Assembly: GCA_041649025.1 (NCBI GenBank)
Contig: JBAZNY010000001.1
Coordinates: 8,207-72,206, forward strand
Length of the DNA stretch: 64,000 bases
From: Bdellovibrionales bacterium
GTDB taxonomy: Bacteria > Pseudomonadota > Alphaproteobacteria > UBA9219
Direction of reading: 5' to 3'
This document shows, one piece after another, positions 28,005 to 37,861 of this stretch. The notes under the pieces are model-generated. The model saw only the letters and a program-made list of their open reading frames with translations, searched no databases and was not told where the DNA came from. Both the position numbers and the translations under genes were made by a program. Within the stretch, counting starts at the first letter, position 1, and every line of letters starts with the position of its first letter.

Positions 28005-28189
28005 CGTTCACCGCTTGTGAAAATTATAGTGAAGGAAGGTGCTAAATTTTGGGATGTTCTGTTCTTATCTACACAAAGCATTTAAGTATAATATACAAAA
28101 TATACAAACAGCTAAAAACAGGCATGCCGGTGTATGGCTTTTGATTGCAGGTGTTCAATTTATGATTTTCGCGTGAAGAATTATTCAGG

Positions 28190-28520
28190 AAATAAAAAGA
28201 ATCGATTCGCTTTAATAATTTTAAAACGTGCGAATCTGATTCGATTCAAAAAAGTTGTGGATAAAATCCCCAAAATTGCCTCTTATTTGTGCAAATTGAA
28301 TTTCTGTTGCCTGTTAGTAAGTTAGCAATACACAAAGAATTCATAGACTTAAAAAACCATATTTAGTTGCTATTCACAATTCATCCACAAGATGATGTGT
28401 TTTGTAGAATCGATTCGCTCTCCGTGGTATGAACAACACCAACAAACCACAAAATCTAGTGGTTAACAGTCTAAAGATTAAAGGGCTTATTTCGGGATCG
28501 CATTGATTCTGGGCGAAGTT
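28190..28520. promoter_or_regulatory. gcrA upstream regulatory region: a cluster of eight GANTC (CcrM-type) sites, a repeated GAATCGATTCGC module and a DnaA-box-like TCATCCACA
   Basis: GANTC sites are at 28199, 28204, 28232, 28238, 28243, 28407, 28412 and 28505. TCATCCACA is at 28381-28389. The region is AT-rich and sits 40-360 bp upstream of gcrA. Confidence 0.45.
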
Positions 28521-28560
28521 CTTCCCGCCAACAAACCACCAGGACAGGAGCTTATAAATT

Positions 28561-29091
28561 ATGACATGGACCGAGCAAAAAATTCAGATGCTCAAGGATA
28601 TGTGGGGGCATCACAGTGCAAGCGAGATTGCAGAGCACATTGGCGGTTTGACCCGTAATGCGGTTATCGGCAAGGCACATCGCTTAAAATTATCGGTTCA
28701 AAAATCTACCGATACACCTGGAACTGGGCTTCAATGCGCGACAGGGGGGCTGGGATCGATAAAATCGAGTCGCAAACGAATGTTGCGGCATCTGCCTATG
28801 GTTCCTGCTTCTTCAAGCGCAGCTTCGATGCGTACAATCCCGACGGCGAGAGATATTTTCCGCTCGCTGGAAGGCATAGGCGGGGCCGTGAGAAGCGAAG
28901 GTATTGCGATGACCAAGGCGGGAGATCGTCATTGCCGTTGGCCTGTTGGGGATCCGCGTTCTCCGGATTTTCGTTTTTGCGGTTGCCCGGCGCACGAGGG
29001 GCTTCCTTATTGCGTCGACCATGCGCGCATCGCCTACCAGAACGTCGGTAAGCGCACGCGCGGCTCTTCAGATGACGATAAGACACGCTAG
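28561..29091 (+). CDS. gcrA: Cell-cycle transcriptional regulator GcrA
   Basis: MTWTEQKIQMLKDMW...SASEIA..IGG.TRNAVIGKAHRL... and a C-terminal ...CRWPVGDP...FCG... block; 176 aa. Confidence 0.9.
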   Translation: MTWTEQKIQMLKDMWGHHSASEIAEHIGGLTRNAVIGKAHRLKLSVQKSTDTPGTGLQCATGGLGSIKSSRKRMLRHLPMVPASSSAASMRTIPTARDIFRSLEGIGGAVRSEGIAMTKAGDRHCRWPVGDPRSPDFRFCGCPAHEGLPYCVDHARIAYQNVGKRTRGSSDDDKTR

Positions 29092-29107
29092 AATAAACTA
29101 AAGGAGT

Positions 29108-29162
29108 GCATCCAACATCATGGGAAGATAAACTCTTTTCAGGATGTTGGATGTTTTTTTAT
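29108..29162 (+). terminator. Rho-independent terminator between the convergent gcrA and hpnE
   Basis: GCATCCAACATC ... GATGTTGGATG stem followed by a T9 run. The T run overlaps the hpnE stop codon. Confidence 0.6.
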
Positions 29163-30409
29163 TTCCAGCGCATGACAACTTGCGCGGCTTTCATTCCGGA
29201 ACGCAAGGCGCCTTCGATAGTTGAAGGCAAACCGGTTGCCGTCCATTCGCCTGCTAGCGCCACGTTTTTCCAGCCTGTATATGATGCGGGACGGCAGATA
29301 TTTTGCCCTGGCGTTGCGGCAATGGTCGCGTACTTTTCCAAAAAAATTCTATGTGAAGGAAGTTTTTTAGGATCAAGATTAAAAACAGCAGCGACTTCTT
29401 CCCATACTAATTTTGCCATATCGCGAGCCGGAATGTTTTTATATCGCTCGGCGCAGCTAATCGTAACGGAAACGAGGCCGTTTCGCGCAAAAGCCCATTC
29501 TGAATAACCGCCGACAATACCAATAAATCCGTCTTTAATGGACGTTTCATCAACGCGGTAATGAGCGTTAAGAATAGAACGAAAATCGGTCGGCGTTGGG
29601 ACTTCGGGCAAAAGTTCGCGCATAAACCATGCTGGCAGGGCAAGAACTACCCAGTCTTGGGGATCTAGCTCGACAATTGTGCTATTGAAATCCAGTTCTC
29701 GCACGCAGTCGCCTTCCCACAGCATAGAACGCAGGCGTTGGTAATATTTGACCTCTGTGCCGTGCTGACGCAATACATTGAGGCACGGTGTAACAAAACT
29801 TTCCGATAATCCAACTTTTGGAATAAGGGGAATACAGGCATCGCCGCCAACAGCAAAGCTTTGAACAAGAACATTGCGTAACAAACGAGCCGACGCGATT
29901 TCCGGTTCCGTGTTTAAGGTGCCAATAATTAAAGGTTCCCAAAAACGGGTATACAGATCGTTTTTATTCCCAGCTAACCCCCTTAATGTATCGTTTTTTC
30001 CGGCGAACATAACGCGCAAGGCAGACAGATAATCAAGAATCTTTGTTCCTGGAATGCGACGATTTTTATCAAAAATCCACCAGGGGAAAGGGCTTTTGCC
30101 CATTTCGATTACCCAGCGGTTTGTGTTGGTCATATCCATAAAAGAAAAAGAGGGCTCACCGGAATCACCCATCGTGTTCAATGCGCCAATCAAAAACAAA
30201 TAATCCCGAACAGCGGCGTTGCCGGACAAAACCAAATGATTGCCGTTATCGATACGACAGCCGAGCTCGCGATCGAGAAAAGAACGACACCTGCCTCCTG
30301 CAAAAGGGGCGGCTTCGTAAACCGTGACTTTTTCTCCCGATAAAGTTAGTTGTAAGGCGGCGGACAAGCCAGCCATTCCCGCGCCGACAATATGTACGCG
30401 CCGTGAGGT
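29159..30409 (-). CDS. hpnE: Squalene-associated FAD-dependent desaturase HpnE (amine-oxidase fold)
   Basis: The dinucleotide-binding start is MTSRRVHIVGAGMAGLSAALQL...YEA...GGR. Its ATG overlaps the hpnD stop (ATGA). It is 417 aa from the internal Met. Confidence 0.8.
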   Translation of the reverse strand, partial: TSRRVHIVGAGMAGLSAALQLTLSGEKVTVYEAAPFAGGRCRSFLDRELGCRIDNGNHLVLSGNAAVRDYLFLIGALNTMGDSGEPSFSFMDMTNTNRWVIEMGKSPFPWWIFDKNRRIPGTKILDYLSALRVMFAGKNDTLRGLAGNKNDLYTRFWEPLIIGTLNTEPEIASARLLRNVLVQSFAVGGDACIPLIPKVGLSESFVTPCLNVLRQHGTEVKYYQRLRSMLWEGDCVRELDFNSTIVELDPQDWVVLALPAWFMRELLPEVPTPTDFRSILNAHYRVDETSIKDGFIGIVGGYSEWAFARNGLVSVTISCAERYKNIPARDMAKLVWEEVAAVFNLDPKKLPSHRIFLEKYATIAATPGQNICRPASYTGWKNVALAGEWTATGLPSTIEGALRSGMKAAQVVMRWK

Positions 30410-31257
30410 CATAGAAGGATGTCCTTTATGTAGATAAATATTTTTTTCCACTTTGGTATTGTTACGCGAAAGGACAAATCGCGCCAATTTTCCTTAAGCA
30501 GAAGGCCAAGTATTGCGCCATAATAATCCCGCATGATACGGGCAGGGCGCATAGCCGAAGCAGGGCATTTTTTCATATAGATATCAGCCTGCGTATAATG
30601 TGTTCGGGCTATGGAGGCTAAGTCGCGGCAAACGAGAGGAAGCTGCAGAAACTGTAACACCTCGCTTGGGTTGCGTGAAGATATACTGTGTTTTTCCAAC
30701 AACTCACAAGGCAGATATAACCTTTTTCGCGCGGCATCTTCGGACAAATCGCGAAGAATGTTTGTAAGCTGAAGGGCGCGACCCAGGTGATATGCGACTT
30801 TCATCGCGTCCGTACCGGCATCGCCAAAAATCCTTATGGAAATTCTGCCAACGGCGCTAGCAACGCGATCACAATATACGTCGAGAGTTGCAAGAGAAGG
30901 CGCGACGATGGTCATAGAATCCATTTCCATGCCGTCGATAATTTCTTGAAAATCTTTTTCGACAAGATCATAGGCGCGAAGCGATGGTAAAAGCGCAGTC
31001 GTAACGGCATCTGAGGTTTTGCCTCTAAACATGTCTGAAATGCGCACGCGCCACTCTTGTAATTTGCTCGCAGCAACTTCGGGAGAAAGGCTCTCATCTG
31101 CGATATCGTCTACAACCCGACAAAAGCCGTAAAGCGCATACATAGCTTCACGTCGATTTTTTGGAAGAACAGCCATTCCGGCATGAAAAGACGAACGCGA
31201 GGCGGAGACTTGTTTCTTAACTTGATGTATTGCTTCAGTATAAGAGAGAGGGGTCAT
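30409..31257 (-). CDS. hpnD: Presqualene diphosphate synthase HpnD (squalene/phytoene synthase family)
   Basis: ...YALYGFCRVVDDIADE... and a second Asp-rich motif. Its start Met overlaps the hpnC stop (ATGA). Confidence 0.8.
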   Translation of the reverse strand: MTPLSYTEAIHQVKKQVSASRSSFHAGMAVLPKNRREAMYALYGFCRVVDDIADESLSPEVAASKLQEWRVRISDMFRGKTSDAVTTALLPSLRAYDLVEKDFQEIIDGMEMDSMTIVAPSLATLDVYCDRVASAVGRISIRIFGDAGTDAMKVAYHLGRALQLTNILRDLSEDAARKRLYLPCELLEKHSISSRNPSEVLQFLQLPLVCRDLASIARTHYTQADIYMKKCPASAMRPARIMRDYYGAILGLLLKENWRDLSFRVTIPKWKKIFIYIKDILL

Positions 31258-32090
31258 GGCAAGGCTCTTACCATACCGACTATTGTCGCGCAAAAAATGG
31301 AAGATTTTCCGAGTTTAACATTATCACGTAATGGATCGCGCTTACGAAGCAAATTAACTAAACTCTCGGCGAGAGAGCAAATAATAGAGGTTTCAGCTCT
31401 CAAACGAATGTCCGGAATATGGTGCGGCAGCTCACGGGCGTCTTGCAGCAAAGGAGCAAGGCGTTCAAGCAGCGCGTCATATGTTGCGCGTAGTCCTTCG
31501 GAGGATTCTATATCGGATAAATCTTCAATGTGCGCACCATAGACGGCAAGCATATCCTGTGGAAGATAAACGCGATTCAATTGACGATAATCGTCCGAAC
31601 AATCTTGGATGTGATTAATAATTTGTAGGGCGTTACATAAAGCGTCGCTGGTTCTCCAGGCGCTTTTCCCAATGCCGTGCAGCGCGAGGACATGTCTTCC
31701 AACGGGGGCAGCAGAAAAATTGCAATAGTCGATCAAATCGTACCAATCGCGATAACGTAACTGGATGGCATCACGTTTAAACGCTGTCAGAAGATCAAGG
31801 CTGTGCTGAGGGGAAATTTCTAGTTGACGAAGACTTTTTCGTAATTCGACGGCAGCAGGAATATCGTTGTTGTGATCGTCCAAAAGGGTTATGGCAAATT
31901 TTTCGAGACGCAAAACCTTTTCTTGTGCTTTCAGAGAAGGGTGGTCGCTTATATCATCAGCGGCACGGGCAAATTCATAAAAAGCATGAATATGGGGACG
32001 CAAATCTGGACGGATCAAAAAAGACCCGACCGGAAAATTCTCCGTTTTGCGGTTTTTCCCGCTTTCTATATCGAAATTATCTAAGGTCAT
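31254..32090 (-). CDS. hpnC: Hydroxysqualene synthase HpnC (squalene/phytoene synthase family)
   Basis: ...NFPVGSFLIRPDLRPHIHAFYEFARAADDISD...; 278 aa. Confidence 0.8.
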   Translation of the reverse strand: MTLDNFDIESGKNRKTENFPVGSFLIRPDLRPHIHAFYEFARAADDISDHPSLKAQEKVLRLEKFAITLLDDHNNDIPAAVELRKSLRQLEISPQHSLDLLTAFKRDAIQLRYRDWYDLIDYCNFSAAPVGRHVLALHGIGKSAWRTSDALCNALQIINHIQDCSDDYRQLNRVYLPQDMLAVYGAHIEDLSDIESSEGLRATYDALLERLAPLLQDARELPHHIPDIRLRAETSIICSLAESLVNLLRKRDPLRDNVKLGKSSIFCATIVGMVRALP

Positions 32091-32331
32091 TTTATGCTCA
32101 GAAACGGTATTTCATGGGTAGACCCTGTATTGAGAACATATTTCAGGGTCGCAGCAGCATATACGAAAGCTGTGGCAGGTAAAGATAGTCTTCAAGCTTA
32201 TGGAAATTCATTAAAATAGGCCAAGGCAGAATATTAAGTAGGGTATTTCCGTTAATATATTTTTTTGGCAATAGGGGAGGTTTTTGAGCATACTCCTCCG
32301 TTCTCGCCCGTTATTTTGTACGCAGTTTGTC

Positions 32332-33084
32332 ATGTCTAGAGAAATCCTATTTGCAGATAATTTAATCACACTGCCTAACGTGCGGCACGCATTCTTTACG
32401 CGGGCATGTGGAAATATATGTTTTTTAAAACTTCGCGCGGCAGAGCCGGAAGCACTAAGTTCACGAAAAAAGGCGGCGGCGCATTTCGGGGTTCCTCCGG
32501 AACGTCTATTGTTTTGCCGTCAAATTCATTCGCCAAAGGTTGTGAGAGTCCATGATATATGGCTCCCTGAGAATGCGCCTGAAGCCGATGCGCTTGTGAC
32601 GAACAAGGCGGGCATAGCTCTTGCAGTTTTAACAGCGGATTGCGTGCCCGTTTTATTGGCTGCGACGAATGTACCCGTTATCGGCGCGGCGCATGCGGGA
32701 TGGCGTGGCGCCATAGGCGGCGTGTTGGAGAATACCATAGTGGAGATGGAAAAACTTGGGGCGCAAAGAAAGTATATTCAAGCCGCTATTGGTCCGTGCA
32801 TCTGGAAAGAATCCTATGAAGTTGGTTCCGAATTTTTAGCGCCATTTCTGACTGAAAACCCGTCAAACAAACTCTTTTTTACGGAATCCGCTAGAGGCGG
32901 TCATTATCAATTTAATCTACCCGCTTATGTCGAGGCTAAATTAAAAGGTCTTGGAATAGGTTCTGTTGAACCCTCGCCTGCGGATACTTGCGCCGACTCT
33001 CATCTTTTCTATAGCTATCGCGCATCGACATTGCGTGGTGAAAACAGCGAAGGACGATTGGTTTCAGCAATTGCGCTTATATAG
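32332..33084 (+). CDS. pgeF: Peptidoglycan editing factor PgeF (YfiH laccase-domain family)
   Basis: ...HAFFTRACGN......ALVTNKAGIALAVLTADCVPVLLA......GAAHAGWRG.... The ORF opens at 32284, but the internal Met at 32332 gives the usual length of about 250 aa. Confidence 0.8.
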   Translation: MSREILFADNLITLPNVRHAFFTRACGNICFLKLRAAEPEALSSRKKAAAHFGVPPERLLFCRQIHSPKVVRVHDIWLPENAPEADALVTNKAGIALAVLTADCVPVLLAATNVPVIGAAHAGWRGAIGGVLENTIVEMEKLGAQRKYIQAAIGPCIWKESYEVGSEFLAPFLTENPSNKLFFTESARGGHYQFNLPAYVEAKLKGLGIGSVEPSPADTCADSHLFYSYRASTLRGENSEGRLVSAIALI

Positions 33085-33202
33085 GTTCGGTTAATTGAAA
33101 CCCCTTATTTTAAGCCTTTTCCCCTTGTTTGCATCGAATATGCGAGAAATCTTGAATTTACATAGGCGGTATGCTCAAAACACGCCTTAACAAGGATATG
33201 TA

Positions 33203-35008
33203 ATGACAGATCAATCTCACATCCGTAATTTTTCGATAATCGCACATATCGACCACGGCAAATCGACTCTCGCGGATCGCCTTATCCAGAAATGCGGCGC
33301 AGTCGAAGAACGCGACATGCGCGAGCAAATGCTCGATAACATGGATATTGAACGTGAGCGCGGCATTACGATCAAGGCGCAAACAGTACGCTTGACCTAT
33401 AAAGCCAAAGACGGCGAAACATATCAATTGAATTTGATGGATACTCCCGGACATGTGGACTTCGCGTACGAAGTCAGCCGGTCTTTGGCGGCATGCGAAG
33501 GATCTATTTTGGTTGTCGACGCTACACAAGGTGTCGAGGCACAGACGTTGGCGAATGTTTATCAGGCTATCGACAACAACCACGAGATAGTGCCTGTTCT
33601 GAACAAAATTGATTTGCCTGCTGCCGAACCTGAAAGGGTCAAGCAACAAATCGAAGACGTGATCGGACTGGATACATCAAATGCAGTACCAATTTCCGCT
33701 AAGACCGGGCAGGGAGTTGAAGATGTGCTTGAGGCGATTGTAAAGCATCTGCCTCCGCCGAAGGGGAATCCAGACGCGCAGCTTAAGGCATTGCTGATCG
33801 ACAGTTGGTACGATTCCTATCTTGGAGTTGTTGTCCTTGTACGTGTTGTGGACGGCGCAATTAAGAAGGGTCAAAAAGTTCGTTTCATGGTAACAGGCGC
33901 AGTGCGCGATCTCGATCACGTCGGTATTTTTACGCCCAAAAAAATCGAAACCGGAGAATTGAGCGCAGGCGAGATCGGTTTTATTACCGCTGGCATCAAA
34001 CAGATCAGTGACACAAAAGTCGGCGATACAATTACCGACGACAAAAATCCGGCAGAAAAACTTTTGCCCGGCTTTAAACCTTCTGTACCGGTCGTGTTTT
34101 GTGGCCTGTTTCCTGTCGATGCGACGGAATTTGAACATCTGCGGGAATCCCTCGGCAAGCTTGCGCTTAACGATGCCAGCTTTAAATTCGAGCCGGAAAG
34201 CTCCGTTGCCTTAGGTTTTGGATTCCGTTGCGGTTTTTTGGGATTGCTGCATTTGGAGATCATTCAGGAGCGTTTAGAGCGCGAATTTAATTTAAATTTG
34301 ATAACGACGGCGCCGTCAGTGATTTATAAAGTTCATTTGACTGATGGCAGCGTAAAGGAATTGCATAACCCCGCTGATATGCCCGATCCCGTGCGCATTG
34401 TACGCATTGAGGAACCATGGATTAAGGCGACAATTCTGACCCCGGACGAGTATCTCGGAAACATCCTTGCTTTGTGTAATGACCGGCGCGGCGAGCAGGT
34501 AGAGCTGACTTATGTCGGCTCGCGCGCAATGCTTGTTTACAAATTGCCGCTTAACGAGGTCGTCTTCGATTTTTATGATCGCCTCAAATCGATCAGTCGT
34601 GGTTATGCAAGCTTTGATTATTCGATTGAGAGCTATCGTGACGGCGACCTTGTCAACATGTCGATTTTAGTCAACGGCGAAGCGGTTGATGCGTTGGGCA
34701 TTATTGTTCATAAAGCAAATGCAGAAGGACGCGGGCGCATTTTGTGTGAACGGCTTAAGGATTTGATCCCAAAACATTTGTTTAAAATTGCTATTCAGGC
34801 TGCCATCGGTGGGCGCATTATTGCCCGCGAAACGATATCGGCATTACGCAAAGACGTAACAGCAAAATGCTACGGCGGCGACATAAGTCGCAAACGCAAG
34901 CTTCTCGATAAGCAAAAAGAAGGTAAAAAACGCATGCGCCAATTTGGTGAAGTCGAAATTCCTCAAGCTGCGTTTATTGCTGCTTTAAAAATGGGTGACG
35001 GAGATTAG
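33203..35008 (+). CDS. lepA: Elongation factor 4 (LepA)
   Basis: [21 protein letters not shown]... G-domain, the LepA C-terminal domain ...[16 protein letters not shown]... and 601 aa. Confidence 0.95.
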   Translation: MTDQSHIRNFSIIAHIDHGKSTLADRLIQKCGAVEERDMREQMLDNMDIERERGITIKAQTVRLTYKAKDGETYQLNLMDTPGHVDFAYEVSRSLAACEGSILVVDATQGVEAQTLANVYQAIDNNHEIVPVLNKIDLPAAEPERVKQQIEDVIGLDTSNAVPISAKTGQGVEDVLEAIVKHLPPPKGNPDAQLKALLIDSWYDSYLGVVVLVRVVDGAIKKGQKVRFMVTGAVRDLDHVGIFTPKKIETGELSAGEIGFITAGIKQISDTKVGDTITDDKNPAEKLLPGFKPSVPVVFCGLFPVDATEFEHLRESLGKLALNDASFKFEPESSVALGFGFRCGFLGLLHLEIIQERLEREFNLNLITTAPSVIYKVHLTDGSVKELHNPADMPDPVRIVRIEEPWIKATILTPDEYLGNILALCNDRRGEQVELTYVGSRAMLVYKLPLNEVVFDFYDRLKSISRGYASFDYSIESYRDGDLVNMSILVNGEAVDALGIIVHKANAEGRGRILCERLKDLIPKHLFKIAIQAAIGGRIIARETISALRKDVTAKCYGGDISRKRKLLDKQKEGKKRMRQFGEVEIPQAAFIAALKMGDGD

Positions 35009-35019
35009 GGTAAACTCTA

Positions 35020-35844
35020 ATGCCAACCACACGCTTTGCGCCAAGTCCGACAGGATATTTGCATCTCGGTCATGCCTATTCGGCGTTATTTGCTTCGCGC
35101 GCTGCCGATGGCGGAACGTTTCTCTTGCGCATCGAGGATATCGACCCTATTCGATGCAAGCCGGAATTCACCGAATCTATATTTGAAGACTTGCATTGGG
35201 TGGGTCTGAAATGGCCGGAACCCGTACGTCGTCAATCGCAGCATATGTCCGATTATACATCGGCGCTTGATAAGCTGCGCGAAAAAGGATTGGTTTATCC
35301 ATGCTTTTGTACGCGCCGCGAAATTGAACAAGAGGCGCTGAAGTCCGGCATGGCGCCGCACGTCGAAGATGGAACCGTCGTTTATCCCGGAACCTGTCGC
35401 CATTTATCGGAAAGAGATCGCACGCGAAAATCAGCGCAACAAGAAACTGTGTGTTGGCGGCTTGATGTTAAAGCCGCTGTGCGGTCGGCGGGCTCTCTTT
35501 TTTGGCACGATCGTGTGCGAGGTAAAATTGAGGCTACGCCGGAAATTTTCGGCGACGTCGTTCTGGCGCGTAAAGATGTGCCGACAAGTTATCACCTCAG
35601 CGTTACCGTTGACGACCATATACAGGGCGTAACGCTTGTTACGCGGGGAGAGGATTTGTTTGCCTCTACGCATGTTCATCGTTTGTTGCAGGCCTTGTTG
35701 GGATTTGAGACGCCGGAATATTATCACCATGCAATTCTAATGGACGCGTCGGGGCACCGCTATGCCAAGCGCGATAAATCGGCGACACTGAGAGAACTAA
35801 GAAAGCAAGGCAGAAAACCGGAAGAGATAATTATAGGGACATAA
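35020..35844 (+). CDS. gluQ: Glutamyl-Q tRNA(Asp) synthetase (truncated GluRS paralogue)
   Basis: RFAPSPTGYLHLGHAYSALF (HIGH-class) and C.C....C Zn motifs. At 274 aa it lacks an anticodon-binding domain. Confidence 0.85.
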   Translation: MPTTRFAPSPTGYLHLGHAYSALFASRAADGGTFLLRIEDIDPIRCKPEFTESIFEDLHWVGLKWPEPVRRQSQHMSDYTSALDKLREKGLVYPCFCTRREIEQEALKSGMAPHVEDGTVVYPGTCRHLSERDRTRKSAQQETVCWRLDVKAAVRSAGSLFWHDRVRGKIEATPEIFGDVVLARKDVPTSYHLSVTVDDHIQGVTLVTRGEDLFASTHVHRLLQALLGFETPEYYHHAILMDASGHRYAKRDKSATLRELRKQGRKPEEIIIGT

Positions 35845-35902
35845 ATGACAAAGATTGTGTATACTTCACTGAGATAATTTTTTCTTTTGCGAGGGTTAGC
35901 CT

Positions 35903-37216
35903 TTGTCTTTAATTGCCGAGATTGGCATCGTTTTTTTGCTCGTTCTCTTGAACGGGTTTTTTGCCATGTCTGAATTGGCGATTGTTTCAGCTCGCCGCGC
36001 TCGTCTCCGGCAGTTGGCTGACGAGAACAATGAGGGTGCGCAGCTTGTACTTGATATTGACGAATCCCCATCTTCTTTTCTTTCAACCGTTCAGATAGGG
36101 GTGACGCTTAACAGCGTTTTTGTAGGGGCGTACAGCGGTGCGACGTTATCAGGTGAATTTGGAATCTATCTGAACACGTTTCCGTGGATATCTCCACACG
36201 GCGAAGCCATCGCTTTAGCCATTACAGTTGTCGGGATCACATATCTTAGTTTGGTCATAGGCGAATTAGTTCCTAAGAGAATTGCCTTAGCATATGCCGA
36301 ACCAATAGCCATACGGGTCGCCCATATTATGGGTGTGCTGGCAATAATAGTCGCGCCGATCGTATGGATCCTATCTTTTTCGACGGAAATTGTTTTGAAA
36401 ATTTTACGTCTTCATAAGCCACCCGATCAGGGCGTAACGGAGGAAGAGGTCAAAGACGTCATTGCCGAGGGAATGGAATCCGGAGCGTTGAAACCAGCTG
36501 AAAGAGACATGATGGAAGGCGTTATGCGTCTCGCCGATCGTACGGTAAGAACGATCATGACGCCTCGGATAGACATGGTGTGGCTGAATATCGATGATCA
36601 GCCCAGAGATCAAAAAAGCATTATTCGCGCGAGCGGTTACAGCCGGTTTCCGGTGGCCAGAGGAGATATGGAAGAGGTATTGGGGATCGTCCATGCCAAG
36701 GATTTACTTAATGCAAGTTTTGATGGCCTCTCGTTATCGCTTACAACGGTTATGCGCGCGCCTTTGATTGTGCCGGACACGACGCCGGTTTTGCGGTTGC
36801 TTGACCAGTTCAAACGAGTAGGGCAGCACATTGCCGTTGTTGTTGACGAATACGGAAGTGTAGAAGGTTTAGCTTCAATTACCGATATTATGGAATCCAT
36901 TACAGGTGGTTTTCCTGGACGGGAACAAGAAATGATTGCCAACCCCGTGCAACGAAAAGATGGAAGCTGGCTTTTGGATGGTATGATGCCGATTGACGAA
37001 GTCGAAGCCCTGACGGGACTGAAAGAAATGCGTGGCGAGGGTGATTTTCAAACAATCGCTGGGTTCATGCTCGATCGTTTGGGGCGTATTCCGGTTGAAG
37101 GGGACAATTTTCTATGGAAAAACGCGCGTTTTGAAGTCGTCGATATGGACGGACGCCGTGTCGACAAGGTCATCGTGACATTGCCTGAAGAAGATTCCTC
37201 GATGAAAGAAAAATAA
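35903..37216 (+). CDS. HlyC/CorC (CNNM) family transporter: DUF21, tandem CBS and CorC_HlyC domains
   Basis: TTG start. It has the DUF21 TM region, a CBS pair (...IMTPRIDMVWLNIDD...) and the C-terminal transporter-associated domain; 437 aa. Confidence 0.85.
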   Translation: MSLIAEIGIVFLLVLLNGFFAMSELAIVSARRARLRQLADENNEGAQLVLDIDESPSSFLSTVQIGVTLNSVFVGAYSGATLSGEFGIYLNTFPWISPHGEAIALAITVVGITYLSLVIGELVPKRIALAYAEPIAIRVAHIMGVLAIIVAPIVWILSFSTEIVLKILRLHKPPDQGVTEEEVKDVIAEGMESGALKPAERDMMEGVMRLADRTVRTIMTPRIDMVWLNIDDQPRDQKSIIRASGYSRFPVARGDMEEVLGIVHAKDLLNASFDGLSLSLTTVMRAPLIVPDTTPVLRLLDQFKRVGQHIAVVVDEYGSVEGLASITDIMESITGGFPGREQEMIANPVQRKDGSWLLDGMMPIDEVEALTGLKEMRGEGDFQTIAGFMLDRLGRIPVEGDNFLWKNARFEVVDMDGRRVDKVIVTLPEEDSSMKEK

Positions 37217-37224
37217 CTTTTTGC

Positions 37225-37716
37225 CTATGCCTTCGTCTCGGTTTTCTCCTCGATAGGCACCCCCGGAGCATATTTTACGCGACGCATGGCGGGCATTGAT
37301 TTAATGTGCGCGACGTTTGGTGCGCCGCTTATCTGGCTTGTAACAAACTTTTGGAAAGCTTCCCAGTCTTCAGCCACAATCTTCAGGAGAAAATCTGTAT
37401 CTCCTGTCATCAAATAGCTTTCACGCACGTGTGACCAACTTTCGATTAATTTTGAAAAATGGGCAATATCGCTTTCACTGTGGTTTGTTAAGGAAACCAT
37501 CACAAACACTGTAATGCCAAAACCCATTTTGTCTGCAGCAATGTCGGCGTAATAGCCGCGAATGTATCCTGCCTCCTCCAAAGCCCGTACGCGCCTTAAG
37601 CAGGGCGGCGGCGAGATTCCGACTTTCTTTGATAAGGCAACATTTGTAATGCTGCCGTCCTGCTGCAATCCGCGCAAAATACGAAGATCTGTAAGGTCGA
37701 GTTTGACGAGCTTCAT
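37225..37716 (-). CDS. lrp: Lrp/AsnC family transcriptional regulator
   Basis: LDLTDLRILRGLQQDGSITNVALSKKVGISPPPCLRRVRALEEAGYI HTH followed by a RAM domain; 163 aa. Confidence 0.85.
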   Translation of the reverse strand: MKLVKLDLTDLRILRGLQQDGSITNVALSKKVGISPPPCLRRVRALEEAGYIRGYYADIAADKMGFGITVFVMVSLTNHSESDIAHFSKLIESWSHVRESYLMTGDTDFLLKIVAEDWEAFQKFVTSQISGAPNVAHIKSMPAMRRVKYAPGVPIEEKTETKA

Positions 37717-37861
37717 GACGCAGCCTTTGGCTTGAGAGCCTACTTCAATGCTAGCACAAAACGGCTATAACTTCCATTCTATGAAACCACTAGTACTCTG
37801 TATAAATACTGATATTGTGTAAGACATTATCTTTTTCAACGGGTAGCCCTATCTTTTTTAC

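Noticed and set aside
28134-28325. 63-aa ORF in the gcrA upstream region
   Set aside because: It is AT-rich, Cys/Lys/Phe-biased and has no RBS. The region is better explained as a regulatory promoter with a GANTC cluster.
33158-33649. 163-aa ORF antisense to the lepA 5' end
   Set aside because: It is fully embedded in lepA on the other strand.
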